Below are positions 17,050 through 25,665 of a stretch of DNA of 64,000 nt, one piece after another. Under the pieces are notes generated by a model. That model did no database searches and was not told where the DNA came from. It worked only from the letters and a program-made list of their open reading frames with translations. This stretch comes from Candidatus Gottesmanbacteria bacterium. Its GTDB lineage: Bacteria > Patescibacteriota > Microgenomatia > UBA10105 > UBA927. Every line of letters begins with the position of its first letter. Position 1 is the stretch's first letter. Both the position numbers and the translations under genes were made by a program. Location: contig JAHFKN010000001.1 of the NCBI GenBank assembly GCA_023245355.1, positions 2,057 through 66,056 on the forward strand, in the 5' to 3' direction.

Positions 17050-18783
17050 ATGTCCCATTCACTTTCGCTCATTACTACGTTTCTGCTGCTTCTCTCTGCC
17101 GCATTGGGCGGGGGAGCAATCGCCGTACGGCTCAAACTTCCGTCCATCGTCGGCTACATCGCGGGAGGCATACTGGTCGGAAACATATTCTCCCGGGGAT
17201 TTGATCATCAGTTGATATCCATGATTGCGGAAGCCGGGGTGACGTTGCTTCTTTTTACCCTCGGCGTCGAGTTTTCGTTTCACAGGCTCAAACGCATACT
17301 TCATGCGATTTCCTGGCCGGCGATTGCACAGATGGTCATTACGCTGCTTGTTGTGCTGCTTTCGCTCATAGCGCTCAAGATTTCATTTATTCCGGCGCTT
17401 TTTCTCTCCAGTGCAGCCGCGCTTTCCTCGACGGCAATTGTCGTGAAGCTGTTGTCTGAACGCGGAGAACTTGATTCTATTCCGGGGGAACTGGCAACCG
17501 GCTGGCTTGTCATACAGGATCTTGCCGTCGTACCGATTCTGATTCTGTTGTCTGCGGTTTCGGGAGCCAGCGGACATGAAGGCACGGTTATGGCAGTGAT
17601 GGGAGCGGTATTACTGGCCATGCTTAAAGCAGGAGTTCTCGTCACGGTTGTGTTATATCTGGGGAGCCGGGGGGTACCGGCGCTTCTTGCCACTGTTGCG
17701 GGATTCCGGAACAGGGAATTTTTTCTGTTAACGACGATCGGCATCGTATTTTTCGTCGGATTGTTAACGTATGCCGTCGGTCTGTCAGTTTCATTGGGGG
17801 CATTTATTGCCGGATTGCTGGTTGCGGAAACCAGCCAAAATCACGCGGTGTTTGCCGAAATCCGTCCGCTTCGGGATTTATTTGCCGTCGTATTTTTTGT
17901 TTCACTGGGGATGGCGCTCCCGGTAAGCGCTCTGGTGAGTTCATTACCGGCCCTCGCGGTTATGACGGTTGCGGTGGTCGCAATAAAAGGCGGCAGCATC
18001 TACACGCTGCTCCGGTTTTTGGGGTATCACCGTAAAACTGCGTTTCTTGTCGGCATTTACTTAACACAGGTCAGTGAGTTTGGTTTTGTCATCGCCGGAA
18101 CGGGAGTTGCATTAGGTGCGCTCAACGAAAGTCAGTCATCGTTACTTATCGCCGTAACATTTATCACCATTCTCATTTCCAGTCCGATGATAAGCCGCGG
18201 CCACGAGCTGTATTATTTCGTTCATTCGCTTACCAGGCGTTTTCCGAAATTATTCCGGGATAGGGCTGAAGAAGCGCCGTTGGGCGGAAACGCGGACAAC
18301 GGATATCCGATCCGCGATCACGTCGTCATCTGCGGATACGGCAGGGTAGGCCGTTACATCGGTCGGGCGCTGCAGATGAGCAGTATTCCGTTTCTGGTTG
18401 TGGACTATAACCAGCATACCTTGGCAGGGTTGCGGGGGGCAGGAGTTCAGACGGTGTACGGAGATCCTGCAGATAAAGACGTGCTGGATTTTGCCCAAGT
18501 CGATTATGCCAAGGCAATTGTCATCGCTATTCCTGACCGTCATACGCAGGAAATGGTAATCGGGAATGCACTGTCGTTAAACCGCAGAATTAAAATCATC
18601 TGCAGGACGCACCATGAGGAGGATCAGCGGCATCTGAAATCTTTAGGGGTTCAGACGATAGTCCAGCCGGAATTTGAAGCGGCGCTTTCCATCGTTTCGA
18701 AATTACTTTCGGATTTCAATATTCCGGAGGAGGAAATGGCAGGGAAAATGAGCCGCCTCAAAATTGAACACGGGATAGGGTAA
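17050..18783 (+). CDS. CPA2-family monovalent cation/H+ antiporter with a C-terminal RCK/TrkA-N domain (KefB-like)
   Basis: 577 aa. A 12-TM Na+/H+ exchanger domain is followed by the Rossmann motif HVVICGYGRVGRYIG. Confidence 0.8.
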   Translation: MSHSLSLITTFLLLLSAALGGGAIAVRLKLPSIVGYIAGGILVGNIFSRGFDHQLISMIAEAGVTLLLFTLGVEFSFHRLKRILHAISWPAIAQMVITLLVVLLSLIALKISFIPALFLSSAAALSSTAIVVKLLSERGELDSIPGELATGWLVIQDLAVVPILILLSAVSGASGHEGTVMAVMGAVLLAMLKAGVLVTVVLYLGSRGVPALLATVAGFRNREFFLLTTIGIVFFVGLLTYAVGLSVSLGAFIAGLLVAETSQNHAVFAEIRPLRDLFAVVFFVSLGMALPVSALVSSLPALAVMTVAVVAIKGGSIYTLLRFLGYHRKTAFLVGIYLTQVSEFGFVIAGTGVALGALNESQSSLLIAVTFITILISSPMISRGHELYYFVHSLTRRFPKLFRDRAEEAPLGGNADNGYPIRDHVVICGYGRVGRYIGRALQMSSIPFLVVDYNQHTLAGLRGAGVQTVYGDPADKDVLDFAQVDYAKAIVIAIPDRHTQEMVIGNALSLNRRIKIICRTHHEEDQRHLKSLGVQTIVQPEFEAALSIVSKLLSDFNIPEEEMAGKMSRLKIEHGIG

Positions 18784-18792
18784 AATAGGCAG

Positions 18793-20010
18793 ATGAAACA
18801 GTTTTCCTTCACTTCTACCCAAACCGGGATTGCTGCAGGCGCACGGATGGGAACCATCGTTACCCCGCACGGAATTATCAACACACCGGCTTTCGTGCCG
18901 GTCGGCACACAAGCGACCGTCAAGTCACTTACCCCCGATGAGCTGAGTACACTCGGCGTTCAGTTGTTTTTCGTAAACACCTATCATACGTATTTGCGGC
19001 CGGGGCTTTCCGTGATCGGCTCATTCGGCGGGCTGCATGCATTTATGGGATGGAACGGACCGATCATTACCGATAGCGGCGGATTTCAGGTTTTTTCACT
19101 TGCACGGCCGAAATATAAACCGGCAGACAGGGACGAAGAGTCTGCCGCACTCGTAAAAATTACGGAAGACGGCGTATGGTTCCGGTCCCATTGGGACGGG
19201 AGCAAACATTTTTTCAGTCCTGAGTCGTCTATGGAATACCAGTGGACGCTGGGAAGCGATATTCATATCGCGTTTGACGAATGTACCCCGTATCCGGCCA
19301 CGCCCGCGTATGCCAGAAAAGCGATGGACAGAACGCACAGGTGGGCAGAGCGGTCGCTTATTGCGCATACGAAACTCTGGCAGTCCCATAAAAAAGAGGG
19401 GAAGCCGTATCAGGCGCTGTACGGGGTTGTACAGGGGAGTGTCTACGAAGATCTGCGTATTGAATCCGCCGAAAAAATTTCCGGAATGGACGTGGACGGA
19501 ATCGCAATCGGCGGTGTGTCGGTCGGAGAAAGTAAAGAAGAAATGAAGAACGTGCTGCAGTGGGTTACTCCGCATTTGCCCCACGATAAACCCCGTCATT
19601 TATTAGGCGTCGGGGAGATAGACGATATTTTCGTACTTGTTGAGCACGGTATGGATACGTTTGACTGCGTGCAGCCGACCAGGCTTGCCCGTATGGGGAA
19701 ACTGTATGTGCCTCCGAATAAGGTTCATACCGGTACACGGGACGGATACATGATCGACATTACCGGCAAAGAATATGCCTGCGATACAAGTCCCGTACAG
19801 GCCGGGTGCGGTTGTTTTACCTGCACGCATTTTTCACGGGCGTATATCCATCATCTGTTCCGCGTTCGCGAACTGCTTTCCTACCGGTTGGCATCGATTC
19901 ATAATATTCATTTCGTAACCGAACTTGTTTCTTCCATTCGTGAGTCGCTAGGGAAGGGGACGTTCCTTGAAATGAAACAACAGTGGCTTTACAATAACCA
20001 TACGTATTAA
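18793..20010 (+). CDS. tgt: Queuine tRNA-ribosyltransferase
   Basis: 405 aa. The Zn site CxCxxC...H is present (CGCFTCTHFSRAYIHHL). Confidence 0.9.
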   Translation: MKQFSFTSTQTGIAAGARMGTIVTPHGIINTPAFVPVGTQATVKSLTPDELSTLGVQLFFVNTYHTYLRPGLSVIGSFGGLHAFMGWNGPIITDSGGFQVFSLARPKYKPADRDEESAALVKITEDGVWFRSHWDGSKHFFSPESSMEYQWTLGSDIHIAFDECTPYPATPAYARKAMDRTHRWAERSLIAHTKLWQSHKKEGKPYQALYGVVQGSVYEDLRIESAEKISGMDVDGIAIGGVSVGESKEEMKNVLQWVTPHLPHDKPRHLLGVGEIDDIFVLVEHGMDTFDCVQPTRLARMGKLYVPPNKVHTGTRDGYMIDITGKEYACDTSPVQAGCGCFTCTHFSRAYIHHLFRVRELLSYRLASIHNIHFVTELVSSIRESLGKGTFLEMKQQWLYNNHTY

Positions 20011-20086
20011 TGAGTTCTATTTTGGAGGATTAGGATAACGGGATCAGGCATACGTATGTCTGATTTCGAAGTTCTACTACCGGGGT

Positions 20087-20233
20087 ATGGGTCAATTCGG
20101 CGGTTACTACAAAGGCGATAAGAAAAAAGCGAAGAAAAAGGATTTGGAGAAAAAGGCGCAGAAACAATTATCCGGCGGCTCATGGCAACTTCCTCAGGTC
20201 GAGATAATTAAAAAAGGAAAAAAAGAGTGGTGA
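20087..20233 (+). CDS. Small lysine-rich ORF of 48 aa (MGQFGGYYKGDKKKAKKKDLEKKAQKQLSGGSWQLPQVEIIKKGKKEW)
   Basis: I found this by hand translation; it is below the ORF track cutoff. There is no clear homology, so the call is low confidence. Confidence 0.2.
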   Translation: MGQFGGYYKGDKKKAKKKDLEKKAQKQLSGGSWQLPQVEIIKKGKKEW

Positions 20234-20258
20234 CATTCGCCACGCATCCATCCCTGCC

Positions 20259-21221
20259 ATGAGAAACCGTACGCCACCACAGATGCGCCGGGCGGGCCGC
20301 TTGGTGCCGAAATTGATGATCGGCGCTTTTTCGTTTGTGATTGTCGTGTTGGCGGTTCTGTGGCTTCGTGTGGTGTCCCAGTCGGCGCCGTACCGGCAGA
20401 CCATCGTGATAGCCGGAAATCCTACCCATATCCTTTCCCTCAATGCCGCTAAAACCGGCATTATTCTTATCGACGTGCCGGAGGAAACCGTTATTTCGGC
20501 AGTGAAAGGCTATGGCGCGTATTCCATCCGTTCACTGACGACGCTCGATACGATAGATAAACACCGGGGGTCACTTGTTTCCGGCAGTATCAGTAATGCG
20601 TTCGGCATACCCGTTTCATGGTATGTGGCTCCGGGCGATCTGTCTTCCGGCGCGGGTTCCGTCGAGATGATACGGCGCGTATTTTCCTGGGGCAGTATCG
20701 TTCGTCGCATAAGCGGAAAGCTGGAAACCACCATACCGATGCCTACCTGGATACATTTTGTGTGGGCGCTCCGGTTTATCCCGGCCGATGCCGTAAAAAT
20801 TATCGATATCCAGCCGGCAATTGTGCCTCTCCCGTCTCCCGACGGGGGACTTGTCATGACGCTGGACGAAAGCAAGCTGGATTTTCTGCTTCAGAACGAA
20901 GTATATGACACCGGTCTCCGCGCGGAAAATCTGACCGTTGCCGTCTATAACACGACGGATGTGGCATCCATAGGGCTTCGTGCGTCACGACAGCTTTCCA
21001 GGCTGGGCGTGCAATTGGTATTTGTTGGCAACGCAGATCAGACACCGCTGACGGCGTGCGTCCTGAGCGGGACGGATACGGCGATGAAATCGAAAACTGC
21101 GAAATTTATCCGTTCATATTTCCGTTGTACAGAAGCCAAGGAACGCAGTCAGACCGGCAAGGAAACAGGGGCGGATCTTGTGGTGGAGTTAGGATCGGAC
21201 TACGCTGCCCAGTATAAATAA
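20259..21221 (+). CDS. LytR-CpsA-Psr (LCP) family cell-envelope protein
   Basis: An N-terminal TM anchor, a central LCP-like region and a C-terminal LytR_C-like segment (LTVAVYNTTDVASIGLRASRQLSRLGVQLVFVGNA). Confidence 0.55.
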   Translation: MRNRTPPQMRRAGRLVPKLMIGAFSFVIVVLAVLWLRVVSQSAPYRQTIVIAGNPTHILSLNAAKTGIILIDVPEETVISAVKGYGAYSIRSLTTLDTIDKHRGSLVSGSISNAFGIPVSWYVAPGDLSSGAGSVEMIRRVFSWGSIVRRISGKLETTIPMPTWIHFVWALRFIPADAVKIIDIQPAIVPLPSPDGGLVMTLDESKLDFLLQNEVYDTGLRAENLTVAVYNTTDVASIGLRASRQLSRLGVQLVFVGNADQTPLTACVLSGTDTAMKSKTAKFIRSYFRCTEAKERSQTGKETGADLVVELGSDYAAQYK

Positions 21222-21238
21222 GGAGAGGTAAAGAACTG

Positions 21239-21952
21239 TTATTCTTCGTTTTCAGCCTCTTTGGGTTCTGCCTCTGCATCGGTTGCGTCATCGCCGCGTT
21301 CTGACCGGGTAAACGGTACATACATGGCGGAACTTGCAAATGACGGTTGGGTTGCAAAGCGTTTGCCGCGTGAAAGTTCCCGTAAAAATACCGTGACCGT
21401 ATTTTTCCCGACCGATTTTACCAGCGCCTGATAGGTGTTTCCGACTGCCAGAAATTTGATAAGCCGGAATGAAAGATCATCAGGTAACGCAGCCAGATAC
21501 GTATTGGAAGAACTGCGTACCTCTACGACGTGATTTCTGGCTTTGAGCTCGACTTCCTCGCCGGGGAATACGGTTGCCAGCGCTGCCATGGGAGCGGCGT
21601 TGACACATTCGACGATTTTTGTTTTCCCGGGCTCTTCCAAAAACGACATGGGAACGACCTGATTTTTGTGTGTTTTTACCAGATCTTTTTGCCGTACGGT
21701 TCCTAATTTTTTCAGATTTTTGATGGCGATCTGGTTGTATTCGTCGAGTTTGGTCACTTTAAGGTACGTTTTTTTGGCGAGTGCTACGTCTCCGCTCTGA
21801 AGATAGGCGAATCCGAGGCGGTTTAGGAGGCTTATATTATTTTTATCGTTCTTAAGAAGCGCTACGTTGATGCGGATTGCCTCTTTCCAATCCTGGGCAA
21901 GGGCAGCGTTAATCGCTGACTGGTCGGAAATTATATCATCGCTCATGGTCAT
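21239..21952 (-). CDS. TPR-repeat protein with an acidic C-terminus
   Basis: TPR-like helical repeats in the N-terminal half. The start is chosen at MTMSDDII. The upstream 25 aa in the track are doubtful. Confidence 0.5.
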   Translation of the reverse strand: MTMSDDIISDQSAINAALAQDWKEAIRINVALLKNDKNNISLLNRLGFAYLQSGDVALAKKTYLKVTKLDEYNQIAIKNLKKLGTVRQKDLVKTHKNQVVPMSFLEEPGKTKIVECVNAAPMAALATVFPGEEVELKARNHVVEVRSSSNTYLAALPDDLSFRLIKFLAVGNTYQALVKSVGKNTVTVFLRELSRGKRFATQPSFASSAMYVPFTRSERGDDATDAEAEPKEAENEE

Positions 21953-22010
21953 GAACTGTACCAGAGTTTCTTGAGAATTGTCAATACAGAAGATACAATA
22001 GTGAACGGTT

Positions 22011-22730
22011 ATGAGCGGACATTCCAAGTGGAGTAAAGTAAAACATCAGAAGGCGACTACCGATGCGGTAAAAAGCCGTGCGTTTACCAAAGCCTCGCGT
22101 GCTATTACCGTGTCCGTCCGGGAAGGCGGGGGGATTGCGGACCCGGATAAAAACTTCCGTCTGCGTCTTGCCGTCGAGCAGGCGAAGGCGGTTAATATGC
22201 CCAAAGATACGATAGAGCGCGCCATAGAAAAAGGGGCCGGATCAGGGGCCGCTGCATTTGAAAATTTATTGTACGAGGGGTATGGGTTGGGCGGGGTCGC
22301 ATATCTTGTGGAGGCGGCAACCGATAATCATCAGCGCACGGCGTCCGAGGTAAAACATGTGTTTGATCATGCAGGGGGAGTGCTGGCAACCCCGGGAGCA
22401 GTCAGTTACCAATTTAAACGCAGCGGTGTCGTGCTGGTGTCCAAAGAACTCCGTACGTTCGATATGATATTTGAAGCAGCGCTTGTTGCAGGAGCAGATG
22501 ACGTGATAGAGGTGGATGATGTGTTTGAAGTGTATACAAAGGCTGCACAATTATCGAACGTAAAACAACAGCTGGAATCCAAAGGAATCAGTATCGAACA
22601 CACAGGGTTTATCATGAAGGCAGATATCACGGTGAAACCGGATTCCGGCATCCGGCAAAAGAATGAATTGTTGGTAGAAGCATTGGAATCTTTGGATGAT
22701 GTACAAAATGTGTACACAACGATGGAATAG
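22011..22730 (+). CDS. yebC: YebC/PmpR family transcriptional regulator
   Basis: The N-terminus MSGHSKWSKVKHQKA... is fully characteristic. Confidence 0.85.
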   Translation: MSGHSKWSKVKHQKATTDAVKSRAFTKASRAITVSVREGGGIADPDKNFRLRLAVEQAKAVNMPKDTIERAIEKGAGSGAAAFENLLYEGYGLGGVAYLVEAATDNHQRTASEVKHVFDHAGGVLATPGAVSYQFKRSGVVLVSKELRTFDMIFEAALVAGADDVIEVDDVFEVYTKAAQLSNVKQQLESKGISIEHTGFIMKADITVKPDSGIRQKNELLVEALESLDDVQNVYTTME

Positions 22731-22760
22731 CGTTTTGTCATACAATAGGGGAATACCACT

Positions 22761-23600
22761 ATGTTTAACACGCTCTGGCAGCACATTCTGAAACGGTTTA
22801 AGCGGTGGGACAGGACCCAGCCGTTTACCAAGCGGCAGCAATTCGTCATCATAACCGGAGCCCTTACCGCGGTTCTTATGCTTACACAATTGGTGCCGCT
22901 GGATTTTCGGTATCCGATGGTCGGCGTGCTGGCCGTATTAAGTTATGTACTCTGCGCATTTGGTTTGCGTGAGGACCTCAAGGGCCATGAATGGGCGACC
23001 CTTCTTATTTTGCCGTCATTATTTACGGCGGCGGTTGCCGTGTTTTATTTTCTGCTGCCGACCCGGTGGCTTACCAGGTTGCCGATCGTAGGGCTGTATG
23101 CCGTCGGCATGTATGCATTGCTGTTGACCGAAAATATTTATAATGTAGCGGCTGCCCGTACGATTGCATTGCTCCGGGCTGCACATTCCGTCGGTTTTCT
23201 ACTGACATTAGCCACATTTTTCCTGCTGGTGCAGACCATACTGGCATACCGTTTTTCCGGGTGGGTGAATGCACTGCTTGTCGGGGCAGTCACGTATCCT
23301 TTGACAATTCAGATTTTATGGGCAACCAATTTGGAAACACAAATAGGGAAGTCAGTGAAGGAATTGACGCTGGTTGTTACTCTGGTCTGTATCGAAATAG
23401 CCTGGATATTTTCGCTTTGGCCTGTCAGAACGACACTTCTGGCACTTTTCCTGACGACAATTTTTTACGGCCTGGTAGGGATGGGTCAGCAGTACCTTTC
23501 GGACCGGCTCTATAAACGGACCGTATGGGAATTCTTCGGCGTTGTTGCAATTGTATTTGCAATTTTGCTTCTGACGATCAATTGGCGCGCCGCTCTTTGA
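22761..23600 (+). CDS. Polytopic membrane protein of unknown function
   Basis: 279 aa with about 8 TM helices and no recognised motif. Confidence 0.5.
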   Translation: MFNTLWQHILKRFKRWDRTQPFTKRQQFVIITGALTAVLMLTQLVPLDFRYPMVGVLAVLSYVLCAFGLREDLKGHEWATLLILPSLFTAAVAVFYFLLPTRWLTRLPIVGLYAVGMYALLLTENIYNVAAARTIALLRAAHSVGFLLTLATFFLLVQTILAYRFSGWVNALLVGAVTYPLTIQILWATNLETQIGKSVKELTLVVTLVCIEIAWIFSLWPVRTTLLALFLTTIFYGLVGMGQQYLSDRLYKRTVWEFFGVVAIVFAILLLTINWRAAL

Positions 23601-24360
23601 TTCTATATAGCCTCAGAACGCGGGGAGTGGGAGAGTGGTAGGGTTTGATATAGTTGATATAGTTTGATACATGTCTATAAAACTATAGGATACAATGTGG
23701 ATAATTATTTTCACGGCGTTTGAGCACTATTTTCACAGCTTCGAGTTAGCCTCAACGACAGCTAAACTATAGGGTATAGCACTCCACTGTATGTCAGCCT
23801 CATCCAGCCTCGCGCAGCTTCATACCCGCTCCCTTGAGTACACAATGTGTGCGATAAAATAGCTATTTGGATTGTTGTTATGCGCTAAACTCGATATACT
23901 CCTGTGTCCGGAGTAGTGAATATCAGCCTCAAATATATGAGTTTGGAGCATAATGAGGCGCTAAATAAAGCCGAAAAGAAAACAGGCCTGGCAGTAGAGC
24001 CTGGTAAACGCTAATACCAGCCTCATATATCCCTCCGGTGAGGCATGGAGGTGCGCACGAAATAGCGTAAATGGATCGTTGTCACGCTCTATTCTCGTTA
24101 TCTACCGGCAGGAATAATATATGTATTTAGCCTCGAAAATAATAGTATGGAGCATATTAATGCGCTAAATTGCGACGTCTCGCATACAAGGCTCCGCCGC
24201 GGAGTAGGTTATCAGCCTCGAAAATGTGTAATCAGCGCATTAATACGCGCTATCTGTGACTAGCATAAAAAACCCGAATGCCCGTTCAGAACGAAGCGCA
24301 GTGCGCATCAAAGTATGCCGCCGGCAGAGCACCGGGTTTATCGCGCAGCATAGCCTCACT
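23600..24360. repeat. Array of 8 or more divergent repeats sharing an AGCCTC(A/G) 5' block and a (G/A)CGCTAAAT 3' block, about 40-45 nt units with internal inverted repeats
   Basis: Same-orientation AGCCTCR copies start at 23609, 23748, 23796, 23806, 23925, 24019, 24129, 24214 and 24352. Units at 23925, 24129 and 24214 align at roughly 70% identity. Two inverted copies of TGAGGCTA(A/T)(A/T)T(T/A) lie at 24809 and 28321. The region is AT-rich relative to the window. Confidence 0.6.
23644..23671 (+). repeat. Iteron-like tandem repeat GATATAGTT(T), about 2.6 copies, next to a perfect DnaA-box 9-mer (TGTGGATAA, 23696-23704)
   Basis: I read GTTTGATATAGTTGATATAGTTTGATAC directly. TGTGGATAA is the reverse complement of TTATCCACA. 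Confidence 0.4.
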
Positions 24361-24813
24361 TTAGGCGCATCACGGGGAGAGGCACCCCGTTCTTCTCCGC
24401 ATAGGTTACCCGGAGTTATATATACATATTTCTTACCCCGGGGTTTCCGGCAAATCCCTGGCAGGGCAGAAAAATCACTGTAGTCGCACAATAATACTTT
24501 TGCGACGTATACAACGAGCGTGTGCCTGGCTGGCTCATTTGGCTTGCTTTGCATATCGATGGTATTTCGTGTCTTTTACATAAGAAATATTCATTGTTTC
24601 GTGCCATGTATTTTTACTATTCCTCTGCGAATGTGTCCGCCTTATCTTTTCGTTTCTCAGGGGTTTGTTACCCTGTATATTTGTTACCTGTTTTCAAAGA
24701 TTTTCTTGTCCGGAAAACCCGATTGGTTCTCCGTAGCTATTTTGAGTTGATGAATGATACGTCTTACGATAATCAGGGGCCTTCCAGGTCACTACAGAGG
24801 CGTAAAATTGAGG

Positions 24814-25512
24814 CTAAATTCGCGAGAATTGATAGGTGTCCAACATGGCGGTTTTTGAAGGACTTGCGCCTGCATTCATCGTTACCAATGAAACGTTTTT
24901 TGCCGTGTATGGCCCGATGATTATGTCTTTCATTTCCTGTAGCTTTTTAAGGAATTCCGGTGATGGTTTATGGGTATACCGGCACACGGTTATATTGGCA
25001 AACATGATTTCATCGGTAAAGTATTTTTTGTCATCGGATACGCCGGCATCCGTAAGCCGTCTACGGAAATCCCTGATGAACTTGTCATATTCAGGGCGTA
25101 TCAATGCCATAAGTAAAACACTTGTCGGCATGCTCAAAAGACCCGCAAGAGCAAATTCAAACGGTCCTGCCGGGGGCGTAATTTCCGTGAGTATCCGCTG
25201 TACTTTGGATATATCTGACGCGCTAAAATGCGGCGGATTGTTGATGACCCTGATATTTTGAATTGTCAGATGAAGCGCATTATCGGGATAATAATAAAAT
25301 TCAGGTTCAAGTTCCTGAAGCGGCCGGATTATCTGCGTTTGGATTGCTGCAGTGAGATCTTTATCGATAAAGGTAACGCATGTTAATGCAATCTGCGGGT
25401 CGTTCCTGTAATCCGTCTGCATAGGAACGATGGTTGATTCATGGCTGCCGGAGGCAAGTGTAGCCTCCATTTGGCGCATCAGAGCAAGCTGTTTTTGTTG
25501 AAATGGCGTCAC
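24814..25512 (-). CDS. Hypothetical protein; possible degenerate 2H phosphoesterase / LigT-like
   Basis: 232 aa. One H-x-T-x motif (HLTI) is present. The second is not evident, so the family call is weak. Confidence 0.35.
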   Translation of the reverse strand: MTPFQQKQLALMRQMEATLASGSHESTIVPMQTDYRNDPQIALTCVTFIDKDLTAAIQTQIIRPLQELEPEFYYYPDNALHLTIQNIRVINNPPHFSASDISKVQRILTEITPPAGPFEFALAGLLSMPTSVLLMALIRPEYDKFIRDFRRRLTDAGVSDDKKYFTDEIMFANITVCRYTHKPSPEFLKKLQEMKDIIIGPYTAKNVSLVTMNAGASPSKTAMLDTYQFSRI

Positions 25513-25665
25513 TATATCATTCTAGCATATTGACAACACATACTGATGTCGCACATCATGGATTGTAGCGACGTTTATTAAACGTTCGTACAATCCGTCG
25601 CTATTGTTGCGACGTCTTTATGGACGTACGCAAAATAGCTTTTGTAAGGACGTCTAAATACCTTT

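Noticed and set aside
23696-23704. Chromosomal oriC
   Set aside because: Only one perfect DnaA box is present. No dnaA or dnaN lies nearby, and dnaB is 12 kb away. This is insufficient for oriC. I kept it as a low-interest iteron/origin-like observation instead.
23600-24360. CRISPR array
   Set aside because: The repeats are about 70% identical rather than near-identical. Spacing is irregular (10-139 bp). There is no leader or cas gene nearby. Units contain internal inverted repeats that match between copies. This fits a decayed repeat family, not CRISPR.
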